Shown here piece after piece: positions 46,637 through 54,708 of a DNA stretch of 64,000 nucleotides. The position numbers and the translations under genes are program-made. This DNA comes from Candidatus Micrarchaeia archaeon (GTDB lineage: Archaea; Micrarchaeota; Micrarchaeia; Anstonellales; Bilamarchaeaceae). The stretch lies in contig JBAZFC010000001.1 of the NCBI GenBank assembly GCA_041653635.1, forward strand, positions 335,426 to 399,425, read 5' to 3'. The notes beneath the pieces were generated by a model. The model had not been told where the DNA came from. It searched no databases and saw only the letters and a program-made list of their open reading frames with translations. Position 1 is the first letter of the stretch. Each line of letters starts with the position of its first letter.

Positions 46637-47206
46637 CTACCGCATCCTATTAATCTTCATAGGGTTGCCTTCAGCACGCGAGCCGGCAGGCACGTCCCCA
46701 TTCACGAACGTCATTGCCGAAACGACCGCGCCTTCCCCTATCTCAACGCCCGCGAGCACCGTCGCGTTAGCGCCCACCAGGGCGCCCCTCCCCACCACAG
46801 TCCTGCCGGTGCGAAGTTCATTCTGCAGGAACTCGTGCGCGAGTATCGTCGCGTTGTACCCTATTATGCATTCATCCCCAAGCTCAATCAGCTCCGGGTA
46901 AAAGACATCAAACATCGCCATGAGCCCAACCGCCGCGCCCTTCCCCACTTTCATGCCGGTCATGCGCAGCAGCGCCCTCTTCATCGCGAGCGATGGCGCG
47001 TACCTTGAGAGCTGCACCAACACAAAATTATACACGACCCTTATTGGATTGCGGAACCGCGTCCATTGGTTGAGTGAATTGCTTCCCGAGACTTTCAGGG
47101 ACTTCAGCTTCCTCAAATATCCACCTAGAATTTGGATTCTATATGCTCCACAGCATTCCTGAATATCCTCAGGCCCTCGCCAACCTTCGTGGCGCCGCGC
47201 GTCCAT
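46637..47206 (-). CDS. hexapeptide-repeat acetyltransferase (left-handed beta-helix family)
   Basis: Imperfect hexapeptide repeats (IGYNATIL, VGRGALVGANATVLAGVEIGEGAVV); the ATG at 47206 would overlap purQ by ~80 nt, so the start is uncertain. Confidence 0.55.
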   Translation of the reverse strand: MDARRHEGWRGPEDIQECCGAYRIQILGGYLRKLKSLKVSGSNSLNQWTRFRNPIRVVYNFVLVQLSRYAPSLAMKRALLRMTGMKVGKGAAVGLMAMFDVFYPELIELGDECIIGYNATILAHEFLQNELRTGRTVVGRGALVGANATVLAGVEIGEGAVVSAMTFVNGDVPAGSRAEGNPMKINRMR

Positions 47207-47901
47207 GCCGGATGGTTCGTGAAATGGTTGTACGCCTCCGGGTGCGGCATGAGCCCGAATATCCTGCCGCTCTCATCGCAGATGCCGGCAACACCGCCCA
47301 CCGAGCCGTTCGGGTTGTAAGGATATTCATCAATTTTGCCTTCCGGGCTGACATATTGGCATGCAATCGTGTTCTTGCCGACCATCTCTCCCAAGACTTC
47401 GCGCCCTGACGGTATGAACCTCCCCTCACCATGCCTCACTGGAAGGTCCATGTACGCTATCCCCTTAGTGAAGACGCACGGGCTCTTCTGGTTCATCGCC
47501 AGCCGTACCCACCTATCTTCAAACTTTCCAGACGCATTGTAAGTAAGAGTCACGCGCTGCGTGAAATCCGGCACAGGAAGCAGCCCCATCTTCACCAGCG
47601 CCTGGAAGCCGTTGCATATCCCCAGCACAAGCTTCCCACCCTTCACGAATTCTGAGATTTCCCCGCCAGCCCTGTGCCTCAACCTGTTCGCGAGAACCCT
47701 AGCCGAGCCGAGGTCGTCCCCGAACGAAAAGCCGCCGGGCAGGATGAGCATGTTGTAATCCCGGAGCAGCGACGGAGAGTCGGTCACTTCGCTCACATGC
47801 CTTATGTCTGCCTCGCCCCCCGAGGTGCGCATAGCATACGCGGTCTCATGGGGGCAGTTTATGCCGTACCCATCAAGCACGATGGCCTTCGCCTTCACCA
47901 T
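47125..47901 (-). CDS. purQ: phosphoribosylformylglycinamidine synthase, glutaminase subunit PurQ
   Basis: Class I glutamine amidotransferase pattern: LILPGGFSFGDD, nucleophile GICNGFQAL, LMPHPE near C-terminus; start MVKAKAIVLDG. Confidence 0.85.
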   Translation of the reverse strand: MVKAKAIVLDGYGINCPHETAYAMRTSGGEADIRHVSEVTDSPSLLRDYNMLILPGGFSFGDDLGSARVLANRLRHRAGGEISEFVKGGKLVLGICNGFQALVKMGLLPVPDFTQRVTLTYNASGKFEDRWVRLAMNQKSPCVFTKGIAYMDLPVRHGEGRFIPSGREVLGEMVGKNTIACQYVSPEGKIDEYPYNPNGSVGGVAGICDESGRIFGLMPHPEAYNHFTNHPAWTRGATKVGEGLRIFRNAVEHIESKF

Positions 47902-50876
47902 TTCAACCCCCCGCTCCACGCGTCGCGCAGCTCAAAGACGTCCTCGTTCACAAGTGCGTTGTCGCCGTTCCTCAGCACCACCCGCTTGTCCCCGCGCACC
48001 CTTCCCGCCTTCTTTGTTTTGGTGCCGAACATCATCTTCTCAAACTTGAACGCGTCCTTCTCGCGCACGCTCACAATGAACCTGCCCGCGCTTTCCGAGA
48101 ACAGGAGCGCCGCATCCTCGTCCGTGTCCTTGCTTATCAGCGAAAGGTCCATTTCCGCACCGACCTTGCCGCCCATCGCGCATTCCGCGAAAGCCGCCGC
48201 AAGCCCGCCATCTGAAACGTCGTGCACGCTCCGTATGGTGCCCCGTTCCATCGCCTTGGAAAGCGCGGCATAGAGTTCGGAGTTCTCCTTCACCCTGACC
48301 TTGGGCATCCCCGCGCCCACGCCGCCGTGCAGCTTGAAATATTCGCTCCCGCCCATCTCGTGGTGCGTCGTGCCGAGCACGTAAATGGCGTCCCCGACCT
48401 CCTTGAAGTCCGAGCTCGCTATCTTAGTAACATCCTCAACTTTCCCCACCACGGTGACCAGCAGCGTTGGGTTTATGGAGTGCTTGCTGTCCCCCGAATA
48501 ATAGTCATTCTTCATGCTGTCTTTTCCGGATATTATCGGGGTCCCGTATCCCACTGCCGCATCATGCATCCCCCTCGCCGCCCTCACGAGCTGCGCAAGC
48601 TTGAAGTCCCCATCGGGATTGCGCGGCCCCTTTATCGGGTCGGGCCAGCAGAAATTGTCCAGGCAGGCGAGATAGCCGAACTTCGCCCCGCACGCGATTG
48701 CGTTCCGCACGCCCTCATCCACGGCGTTCATCGCCATGTGGTATGCATCTTCCGTATATCTCGGGCAAACCCCGTGCGCGACCGCCAGCCCGCCGTTCAT
48801 TCCCAATATGGGCCTGAACACGCCGCCGTCCGAAGGGGCGTTCCCCTCCATGAGCGGCTTGAGCGCGCTCCCCCCCTGCACCTCGTGGTCGTACTGCCGT
48901 ATCACCCATTCCTTTGACGCGATGTTCGGGGACGCGAGCAGCGCCTTCAGCGCCTCGCCGTGCTGCATCAGCGGCCTGCCCGGCGGGATAGGCATCCTGT
49001 CCTTCCACACCGCCTTGAGATGCATCTGTGGGACGCCCTCGTGCAGGAATTGCATATCCACATACGCGACAGTGCTCTTTCCGTAGAGGATGTGGAACTT
49101 CCCGCTATCCGTGAATGTCCCCGCTATGCTTGCCTCCACACCATGCTTCTTCGCCAGCTTCTCTATTCCCGGCATCTTTTCCGCCGGCACCGCGAGCGTC
49201 ATCCTCTCCTGCGATTCCGAAAGCAGTATCTCCCACGGGTCCAGCCCGGGGTATTTCAGCGGGCACTTGTCCAGATGGACCTCGCAACCGCCGCTGAGCT
49301 GCGCCAGCTCGCCTATGCTTGAAGAAAGCCCGCCGGCCCCGTCGTCCGTGACCGCTTCGAACAGCCCGAGGTCCCTCGCCTCAAGCACCATGTCTATGAC
49401 TTTTTTCTGTGTTATCGGGTCGCCTATCTGCACCACGCTGCCAGCTATTCCCGTCGTAAGCTGCTGTGAAGAGAAAGTCGCCCCATGAATCCCATCCTTC
49501 CCTATTCTCCCACCGACCATCACCGCAAGGTACCCTGGTTCTATCTTCTTCCTCGCCGTCTCCCTGCCGCCTATCTCGTGCGGCATCATCCCCACCGTTC
49601 CCGCATACACGAGCGGCCTCGCCGTGTAGCATTTCTCAAACACGACCGAGCCATTAACCGTCGGAATCCCGACCATGTTCCCGCCGTGCTCTATACCCCT
49701 CACGACGCCCTTCGCAATCCTCTGCGGATGCAGGCATCCCTTTGGCACATCTTTCTCGTCCAGGTAGCCGAAACACAGCACGTTTATGTTCGCGATGGGC
49801 TTCGCGCCCATACCTGTCCCCAGCACGTCCCTGTTCACGCCGAGTATTCCAGTGAGCGCGCCCCCGTACGGGTCCAGCGCCGAAGGGGCGTTGTGCGTCT
49901 CCACCTTCACCGCGATGTCGTTCTCATGGTCAAACCGGATTATGCCGCCGTTGTCCTTGAACACCGAGACCACGTACGGCTTCCGCACCTCATCCGTTGC
50001 GGAGCGGATGTATGTCTTGAATATGGAATCTATCTTCTCTTCCCTCCCCTCAACTCCTTCACCTTCCTCCGAATAATCTATTTTGGCGTTGAATATCTTG
50101 TGCTTGCAGTGCTCGCTCCAGGACTGCGCCAGGGCCTCCAGCTCAACGTCGGTCGCGCCCTTGCCCAACCCCATTTTTTCCCGTTCCTTCCGCACCGCCG
50201 CCTTGGCGTAGTGCGCCTTTATCTCGCGCATCTCCTCCAGGGAAAGGGCGAGCGTCCGCTCGCGGCTGATTTTCACCAGCTCCTCGTCCGGAACCTGGAG
50301 GTCTATCTCCTCGGCGACCGGGGCATGGTCCAGCTCCACGCGCGGAATGTACGGCTCAAACGCGCCGCTCTCCGGCTCGTAAACCTTCCATGCCTGTATC
50401 ACTTCGTTCGCCAGCAGCTTCTTCGCTATTTCCGCCAGCACGGAATCGTCGTCAAAATCCGCCCTTATCGCATACACCCGCGACGTGTATGCCTCCACCT
50501 CCTTTCCGAGCACGTCCCTTACTCCCTCAACCGCGGTGTTCCCCTCGTTGTCGGTCATCCCGGGTAGGAAGCCCACCTCTATCCTCCAGTAATCAGGATA
50601 GAACGGCGCCTTGAATGAGAACTCCTCGGAAACGGCGTCGGCGAAAAGCTCCTTGCCCAGCTTCTCCATCTCCCCATCCGAAAGTTCGCCGTAGAAATTG
50701 TATGCGCGCACGATGGCGACGTCGGTTGGCTTCACGCCTGCGAGCTCTGCTATCTTCTTTGCCAGAGGGGCGGCGCCGGGGTCTCTAAGGTCGCCTTTTG
50801 GCCTTACCTCTATGCGCCGCGCACCAAGAGGAAGGGGGAGCCCCCCCTTCTCTTTAGGGTAATCATAACCCCCCAT
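47895..50876 (-). CDS. purL: phosphoribosylformylglycinamidine synthase PurL with N-terminal PurS-like extension (PurSL-type)
   Basis: 993 aa; tandem PurM-like/AIRS domains typical of PurL; N-terminal ~80 aa resembles PurS; immediately upstream of purQ. Confidence 0.8.
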   Translation of the reverse strand: MGGYDYPKEKGGLPLPLGARRIEVRPKGDLRDPGAAPLAKKIAELAGVKPTDVAIVRAYNFYGELSDGEMEKLGKELFADAVSEEFSFKAPFYPDYWRIEVGFLPGMTDNEGNTAVEGVRDVLGKEVEAYTSRVYAIRADFDDDSVLAEIAKKLLANEVIQAWKVYEPESGAFEPYIPRVELDHAPVAEEIDLQVPDEELVKISRERTLALSLEEMREIKAHYAKAAVRKEREKMGLGKGATDVELEALAQSWSEHCKHKIFNAKIDYSEEGEGVEGREEKIDSIFKTYIRSATDEVRKPYVVSVFKDNGGIIRFDHENDIAVKVETHNAPSALDPYGGALTGILGVNRDVLGTGMGAKPIANINVLCFGYLDEKDVPKGCLHPQRIAKGVVRGIEHGGNMVGIPTVNGSVVFEKCYTARPLVYAGTVGMMPHEIGGRETARKKIEPGYLAVMVGGRIGKDGIHGATFSSQQLTTGIAGSVVQIGDPITQKKVIDMVLEARDLGLFEAVTDDGAGGLSSSIGELAQLSGGCEVHLDKCPLKYPGLDPWEILLSESQERMTLAVPAEKMPGIEKLAKKHGVEASIAGTFTDSGKFHILYGKSTVAYVDMQFLHEGVPQMHLKAVWKDRMPIPPGRPLMQHGEALKALLASPNIASKEWVIRQYDHEVQGGSALKPLMEGNAPSDGGVFRPILGMNGGLAVAHGVCPRYTEDAYHMAMNAVDEGVRNAIACGAKFGYLACLDNFCWPDPIKGPRNPDGDFKLAQLVRAARGMHDAAVGYGTPIISGKDSMKNDYYSGDSKHSINPTLLVTVVGKVEDVTKIASSDFKEVGDAIYVLGTTHHEMGGSEYFKLHGGVGAGMPKVRVKENSELYAALSKAMERGTIRSVHDVSDGGLAAAFAECAMGGKVGAEMDLSLISKDTDEDAALLFSESAGRFIVSVREKDAFKFEKMMFGTKTKKAGRVRGDKRVVLRNGDNALVNEDVFELRDAWSGGLKW
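50839..50876. repeat. 38-nt exact repeat, copy A (covers the purL start codon and first 12 codons)
   Basis: AGCCCCCCCTTCTCTTTAGGGTAATCATAACCCCCCAT identical to 52610..52647. Confidence 0.8.
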
Positions 50877-50928
50877 AGCGCGTTCTTGTTGGGCAAAATA
50901 TATAACACTTATTTATTGTGCGGGTGGA

Positions 50929-50946
50929 ATGTAACCATGGTTACAT
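50929..50946. promoter_or_regulatory. 18-bp perfect palindrome ATGTAACCATGGTTACAT (copy 4), between divergent purL and the hypothetical gene at 50995
   Basis: Exact palindrome ~20 nt upstream of TATA-like elements on both strands. Confidence 0.55.
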
Positions 50947-50994
50947 AGTGTGTGAAACAGGGTTTTATTAAGATTTCATGGCATAATAAGAGCC

Positions 50995-51900
50995 ATGCAA
51001 TGCGCATTCCACCCAACACTGTTCCACACCGCTCCCGGGATTGGGCGCAGGCTGGGGTTCAGGGGGCGGATGAACATCCTCCAGGCGATGCGCCACTTCA
51101 AGGACAGCATCCCCACGCACGCCGAGTTTGACGAGCTGCTCCATCTCACCCCAGGCAAGACGCCGCGCGCCCTCACCACCAACGCGGGCACCGGCCTGAT
51201 GCACACCGGCACGTTCCTTGCCTATCCCGGCAAGGGCCGCACATTCCCCGGTCTCTTTGAGTACAAGGACCCCCAAACCAGCCTCTGGCTCTGCCTTGAC
51301 ACCAGGTTCTGCAGCGGCAGGTCCGGCATAGCGGTTATCGTGGAAGGGGATTTCACCCTGCATCACAGCGGAAGGAGGATCCAGATTGTCCCCCAGAACA
51401 AGCCCGCGGTGCTTGAGCAATTCCCCCAGTTCCCCAGCTGGTACGGGTACCACCTTTGCAGGAGGCTGCCCGTGCTGAAAGACGGGGTGGAGGACGAATC
51501 CGGGTTCCACCCCGGCCGTTTTTTGCAGCGCATAGAAGGCCCGTGGCTGGGCGCCCTGGCCCGCACCATGAACAGCGGAAACTCAGACGAGAACTACGTC
51601 CATGCATACGGCGGCCCTTCCCTGGACCGCGCGGTGATCGTCTGGGAGTACTACGCCACGGATGCCAAGCCGGAAAACCCAGCGAACCGCAGGGTATTCA
51701 TAATGCCCGGCGATGGCAGGCCCAAAATCATAACCCCAGACCATGCCGTCCGGGGCCCACCCGCAGAATACCTGAAGGCAAAGAACAGGTGGGACCAGGA
51801 CATGATACTCCATGGCATGGACCCGGCGCACTGCCCCCATCCGGGCCCGCCGCCTATGCCCGAACAATACTTGCCTTCCCCGAAGGCAGGCAAGGCATGA
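50995..51900 (+). CDS. hypothetical protein (~300 aa)
   Basis: ORF with balanced composition, TATA-like TTTTATTAAG ~25 nt upstream; antisense ORF 50968..51510 judged a shadow frame; start may be Met 26. Confidence 0.4.
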   Translation: MQCAFHPTLFHTAPGIGRRLGFRGRMNILQAMRHFKDSIPTHAEFDELLHLTPGKTPRALTTNAGTGLMHTGTFLAYPGKGRTFPGLFEYKDPQTSLWLCLDTRFCSGRSGIAVIVEGDFTLHHSGRRIQIVPQNKPAVLEQFPQFPSWYGYHLCRRLPVLKDGVEDESGFHPGRFLQRIEGPWLGALARTMNSGNSDENYVHAYGGPSLDRAVIVWEYYATDAKPENPANRRVFIMPGDGRPKIITPDHAVRGPPAEYLKAKNRWDQDMILHGMDPAHCPHPGPPPMPEQYLPSPKAGKA

Positions 51901-52606
51901 TTTCCGAATCAGGCACGCCCAGCAGTTCCCCAAGCTTTTCCGCCGCCTCCTTCTTCTCCATCTTTCCCGGCACAATCAGCACTTTCTTCCTTATCCACTT
52001 CGCATCTTCAGCGCCAGCGGAAACTCTTCCGTTCTCCTCAATCCCGATTGCGAGCATCAATTTAGTGTTCTTGAGCCACTCCCTCTCGCCCGAAATCGCA
52101 AACCCCCCTGCCCCGACAAATCCGCCCGTCGCATGTTTAGACAGTTGCCCCTTCTTCACCGCATAAACATCAACGCTCGCCATCCTCTTTCCCCACGCCT
52201 TGGAGTACGAGGCCGCAATCGCCGCCGCTTCTTTCTTCTCCTCTTCCGAAGCCCCAACCCCATTTTTCAGAATCGTCGCAGCCGCCCCGCGTATGTCCGC
52301 ATGGAAGAACAAATCCCCATCCTCCATCTTCCCCGCGAGCTTGTCGTTCTGCTGCGCGGTCTTCCCAGCCAGAATGAGCTTTCCCGCATTCGTAAAACTC
52401 CAGTGGAACTCCTCAAACCACTCCCTCTTCCTCGCGACCTTGACCGCCCTCGCCTTCTTTTTCGCCGCCGCGCCCATCCTCTTCTGCGTTTCAGCCATCG
52501 CTACGCGCACGCCCTCCGCCTTCTCCCGCGCCTTCTTTGCCTCCTCATAGTAGCGCGCCGAGTTCTCGTGTATGCTCTTTCCTAGTTGGATGCTTACCTT
52601 AACCAC
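51854..52606 (-). CDS. NFACT-R/DUF814-like protein (tentative)
   Basis: GDLFFHADIRGAAATIL resembles the DUF814 core motif; GTG start per the ORF track; the 38-nt repeat containing an out-of-frame ATG lies immediately upstream. Confidence 0.45.
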   Translation of the reverse strand: MVKVSIQLGKSIHENSARYYEEAKKAREKAEGVRVAMAETQKRMGAAAKKKARAVKVARKREWFEEFHWSFTNAGKLILAGKTAQQNDKLAGKMEDGDLFFHADIRGAAATILKNGVGASEEEKKEAAAIAASYSKAWGKRMASVDVYAVKKGQLSKHATGGFVGAGGFAISGEREWLKNTKLMLAIGIEENGRVSAGAEDAKWIRKKVLIVPGKMEKKEAAEKLGELLGVPDSEIMPCLPSGKASIVRA

Positions 52607-52609
52607 ATT

Positions 52610-52647
52610 AGCCCCCCCTTCTCTTTAGGGTAATCATAACCCCCCAT
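52610..52647. repeat. 38-nt exact repeat, copy B (immediately upstream of the DUF814-like gene)
   Basis: Identical to 50839..50876; on the minus strand it would encode MGGYDYPKEKGGL then run out of frame with the downstream ORF. Confidence 0.8.
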
Positions 52648-52744
52648 CCATTTATTTTTCTACCGATGTATGCCTCCGCCACAATTTTTGATTTTCAAAC
52701 CCCTCCGAAAAAGCTTTATATAGCTTCCTTCCGATTAAGAGCCC

Positions 52745-52990
52745 ATGGCGTACATTGAAACTCTCCTCTCAGACATCCTGGTTACGCTCAAGTCCGTTGG
52801 CGTGTCAGTCTCTCTCCTCCTGATAATCATAGGGGGCCTGGTCTACGGGCTTGCGCAGCTGCAGCCCGGTGACACAAGGGGCAAATGGCAGAACATGGCA
52901 ATCGGCATTTTTGTGGGCGGTGTCGTGATTGCTGCCATAATTGGGGCCGCAGAGCTCATCCAGCTCGTCTCATCCAACCTCCTCACGTGA
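52745..52990 (+). CDS. small two-TM membrane protein (VirB2/CedA1-type pilin-like candidate)
   Basis: 81 aa with two hydrophobic helices separated by a short polar loop (QLQPGDTRGKWQN); first gene of a tight membrane operon. Confidence 0.5.
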   Translation: MAYIETLLSDILVTLKSVGVSVSLLLIIIGGLVYGLAQLQPGDTRGKWQNMAIGIFVGGVVIAAIIGAAELIQLVSSNLLT

Positions 52991-53002
52991 GGGAGTGAAC
53001 AG

Positions 53003-53932
53003 ATGGCCGCGGACCTGACGCTTGCCGGCATCGTAGTAAGCCTATCCATAATACTCTCAGGCCTGCTCATAGGCCTCGGCAAGACCATCGGCTCCAAGCG
53101 CGTTGAGCACTTCGGCGAGGAAGAGCTGGTCCAGTCCGCGATAAACGCCGCCCTCGTGGGCGCCTACGCCGCCATCATCTCTATTGCCAGCGAGGTGAGC
53201 AAGGGAATCGCGGAGGGGCAGACATGCGTCGCCGGCGACGCGCTTGAGAACCTCCAGTGCATCTTCTCCAATTTATCCGCCGACATCTTCCAGCTCCTCA
53301 CCCAGGCAATCAACCTCCACCAGATAGTCTCCTATTACCAGTCCATAACGCTGGAGTTCGCAACCTTCTCCATCCAGCCGATGTCCCACCTCTCATCCAT
53401 CCAGTCCATACTCGGAGGGCAGATTCTCACGCTGCAGGCGCTCCTCACGCTCGCCCAGCTCCAGGTGCAGATACTCGCCTTCTTTGCCCCGCAGCTCCTC
53501 ACCTTCTTCCTCCCGCTCGGCCTCATCTTCCGCTCCTTCTTCTCCACGCGCAAGCTCGGCGGCTTCCTCATCGCGCTCTCCATCGGAATATATCTCTTCT
53601 ACCCCGCGTTCATCCTCATCTTCCCGGCGCCCCAGTTCAACGTCACGGCCGCCAACCTCACCAACCTCACCAACACCTCCCTTTACACCACGGTCCCGAT
53701 ACTTGACCTGAACGACAACTACGCCATCGCCAGCAGGTTCGACAACATGACCACCGGCGACTTCACCGGAGACCTCACGCTCGCCACCCAGCAGATAAGC
53801 GCCTCCATCGCCTCGCTCTCCATGTTCGTGATGCTCGCGCCCCTGTTTTCGCTCCTCATAACAGTCATATTCATAAAGGAGGTCACCGACATATTCGGCG
53901 GTGAATTCTTCTTCGCGGTGAGTTCCCTATGA
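53003..53932 (+). CDS. polytopic membrane protein (VirB6/CedA-like channel candidate)
   Basis: 309 aa, about five hydrophobic helices, extracytoplasmic region with several N-x-S/T sequons; 4-nt overlap with the next gene. Confidence 0.5.
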   Translation: MAADLTLAGIVVSLSIILSGLLIGLGKTIGSKRVEHFGEEELVQSAINAALVGAYAAIISIASEVSKGIAEGQTCVAGDALENLQCIFSNLSADIFQLLTQAINLHQIVSYYQSITLEFATFSIQPMSHLSSIQSILGGQILTLQALLTLAQLQVQILAFFAPQLLTFFLPLGLIFRSFFSTRKLGGFLIALSIGIYLFYPAFILIFPAPQFNVTAANLTNLTNTSLYTTVPILDLNDNYAIASRFDNMTTGDFTGDLTLATQQISASIASLSMFVMLAPLFSLLITVIFIKEVTDIFGGEFFFAVSSL

Positions 53933-54708
53933 TACAGAACCGAATGGTAACCATGATGGCGCTTGCTGGCGGGCTTGCAGCCCTTGTGATGGCGATAGTG
54001 CTGTGGAGCCCGATATTCTCCGCGCTCGCCGGCTTCTTTTTCGCCCTCTCCCTGATGGTCTGGAAATACGGCTACCTCCTGATTCCGTACATAACAAAAG
54101 CCGGACGCATAGTAGAAATCCGCGGCGGCTACGAAATCCCGCCCACCCGCGACTGCATCATAAAAAAATCGGGCAACGGCTTCTACTCCACGAAATTCCT
54201 TGAAATCCGCTATTATGAGAGCACGGTGGACAAGAGCACGCAGGACCGCTCGTCCATGCTCGCCTCGTTTGAGAAGGCGCTCGCCTCGCTCAAGAACACA
54301 GTTAAAATCTCGCTCCTAGTCTCGGAAGTTGACCTCACAAAAGAAATAGACGAGCTGAAGACGCGCAGGAGCTCCGCCGAGAACAAGCGCAGGAAACTCC
54401 CGCCCAACAGCGAGGAGCTCGTCCGCCTTGACCGCGAAATCGCGATGTACAACCGCCAGCTTGAGCGCATCACCCGCGGCGACCGCCCGCTCGTGCTCAC
54501 GTCCTTCGTCTCCACCACCGCATACGGCGTCACTAGGGAGGAGGCGCTCTCCAAGGTGCGCAGGCAGGCGAAGGAGGTCAAGACCATCGTATCCTCCACC
54601 CTTGGCGCGGACGTCGTTGACCTGTTTGACCTTGACATGATAAGGTGCTTCGAATGGGAGTTCTTCCTCCCGCCGGAGGTGGAACAGCTTAAGGATGAGG
54701 TATTCTAG
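53929..54708 (+). CDS. membrane-anchored protein (N-terminal TM hairpin + soluble domain; possible VirB3/VirB4-N-like part)
   Basis: 259 aa; two N-terminal TM helices then charged soluble domain; ends with TAG immediately followed in the same frame by the ATG of the ATPase gene. Confidence 0.5.
   Translation: MIQNRMVTMMALAGGLAALVMAIVLWSPIFSALAGFFFALSLMVWKYGYLLIPYITKAGRIVEIRGGYEIPPTRDCIIKKSGNGFYSTKFLEIRYYESTVDKSTQDRSSMLASFEKALASLKNTVKISLLVSEVDLTKEIDELKTRRSSAENKRRKLPPNSEELVRLDREIAMYNRQLERITRGDRPLVLTSFVSTTAYGVTREEALSKVRRQAKEVKTIVSSTLGADVVDLFDLDMIRCFEWEFFLPPEVEQLKDEVF

Noticed and set aside
47125-47206. An ~80-nt coding overlap between purQ and the hexapeptide acetyltransferase as a real feature
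   Set aside because: More likely a start-codon mis-assignment for the acetyltransferase (no in-frame ATG/GTG/TTG found between, so left unresolved) than a functional long overlap.
50968-51510. Minus-strand 180-aa ORF versus + strand ORF 50995..51900
   Set aside because: Gly/Ala/Pro-rich low-complexity translation; it would start inside the purL promoter region, so the + strand ORF is preferred, though neither is certain.
53938-53952. Partial palindrome-like GGTAACCATG inside the start of ORF 53929..54708
   Set aside because: Only a half-site-like fragment within coding sequence (encodes NRMVTMM); likely chance similarity to the 16-bp palindrome.
54706-54708. Genome-wide recoding of TAG (for example pyrrolysine) explaining the in-frame TAG between the two operon genes
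   Set aside because: Many well-supported genes in the window (thrS, secD, glmM, glmU-like) terminate with TAG, so TAG functions as a stop here.
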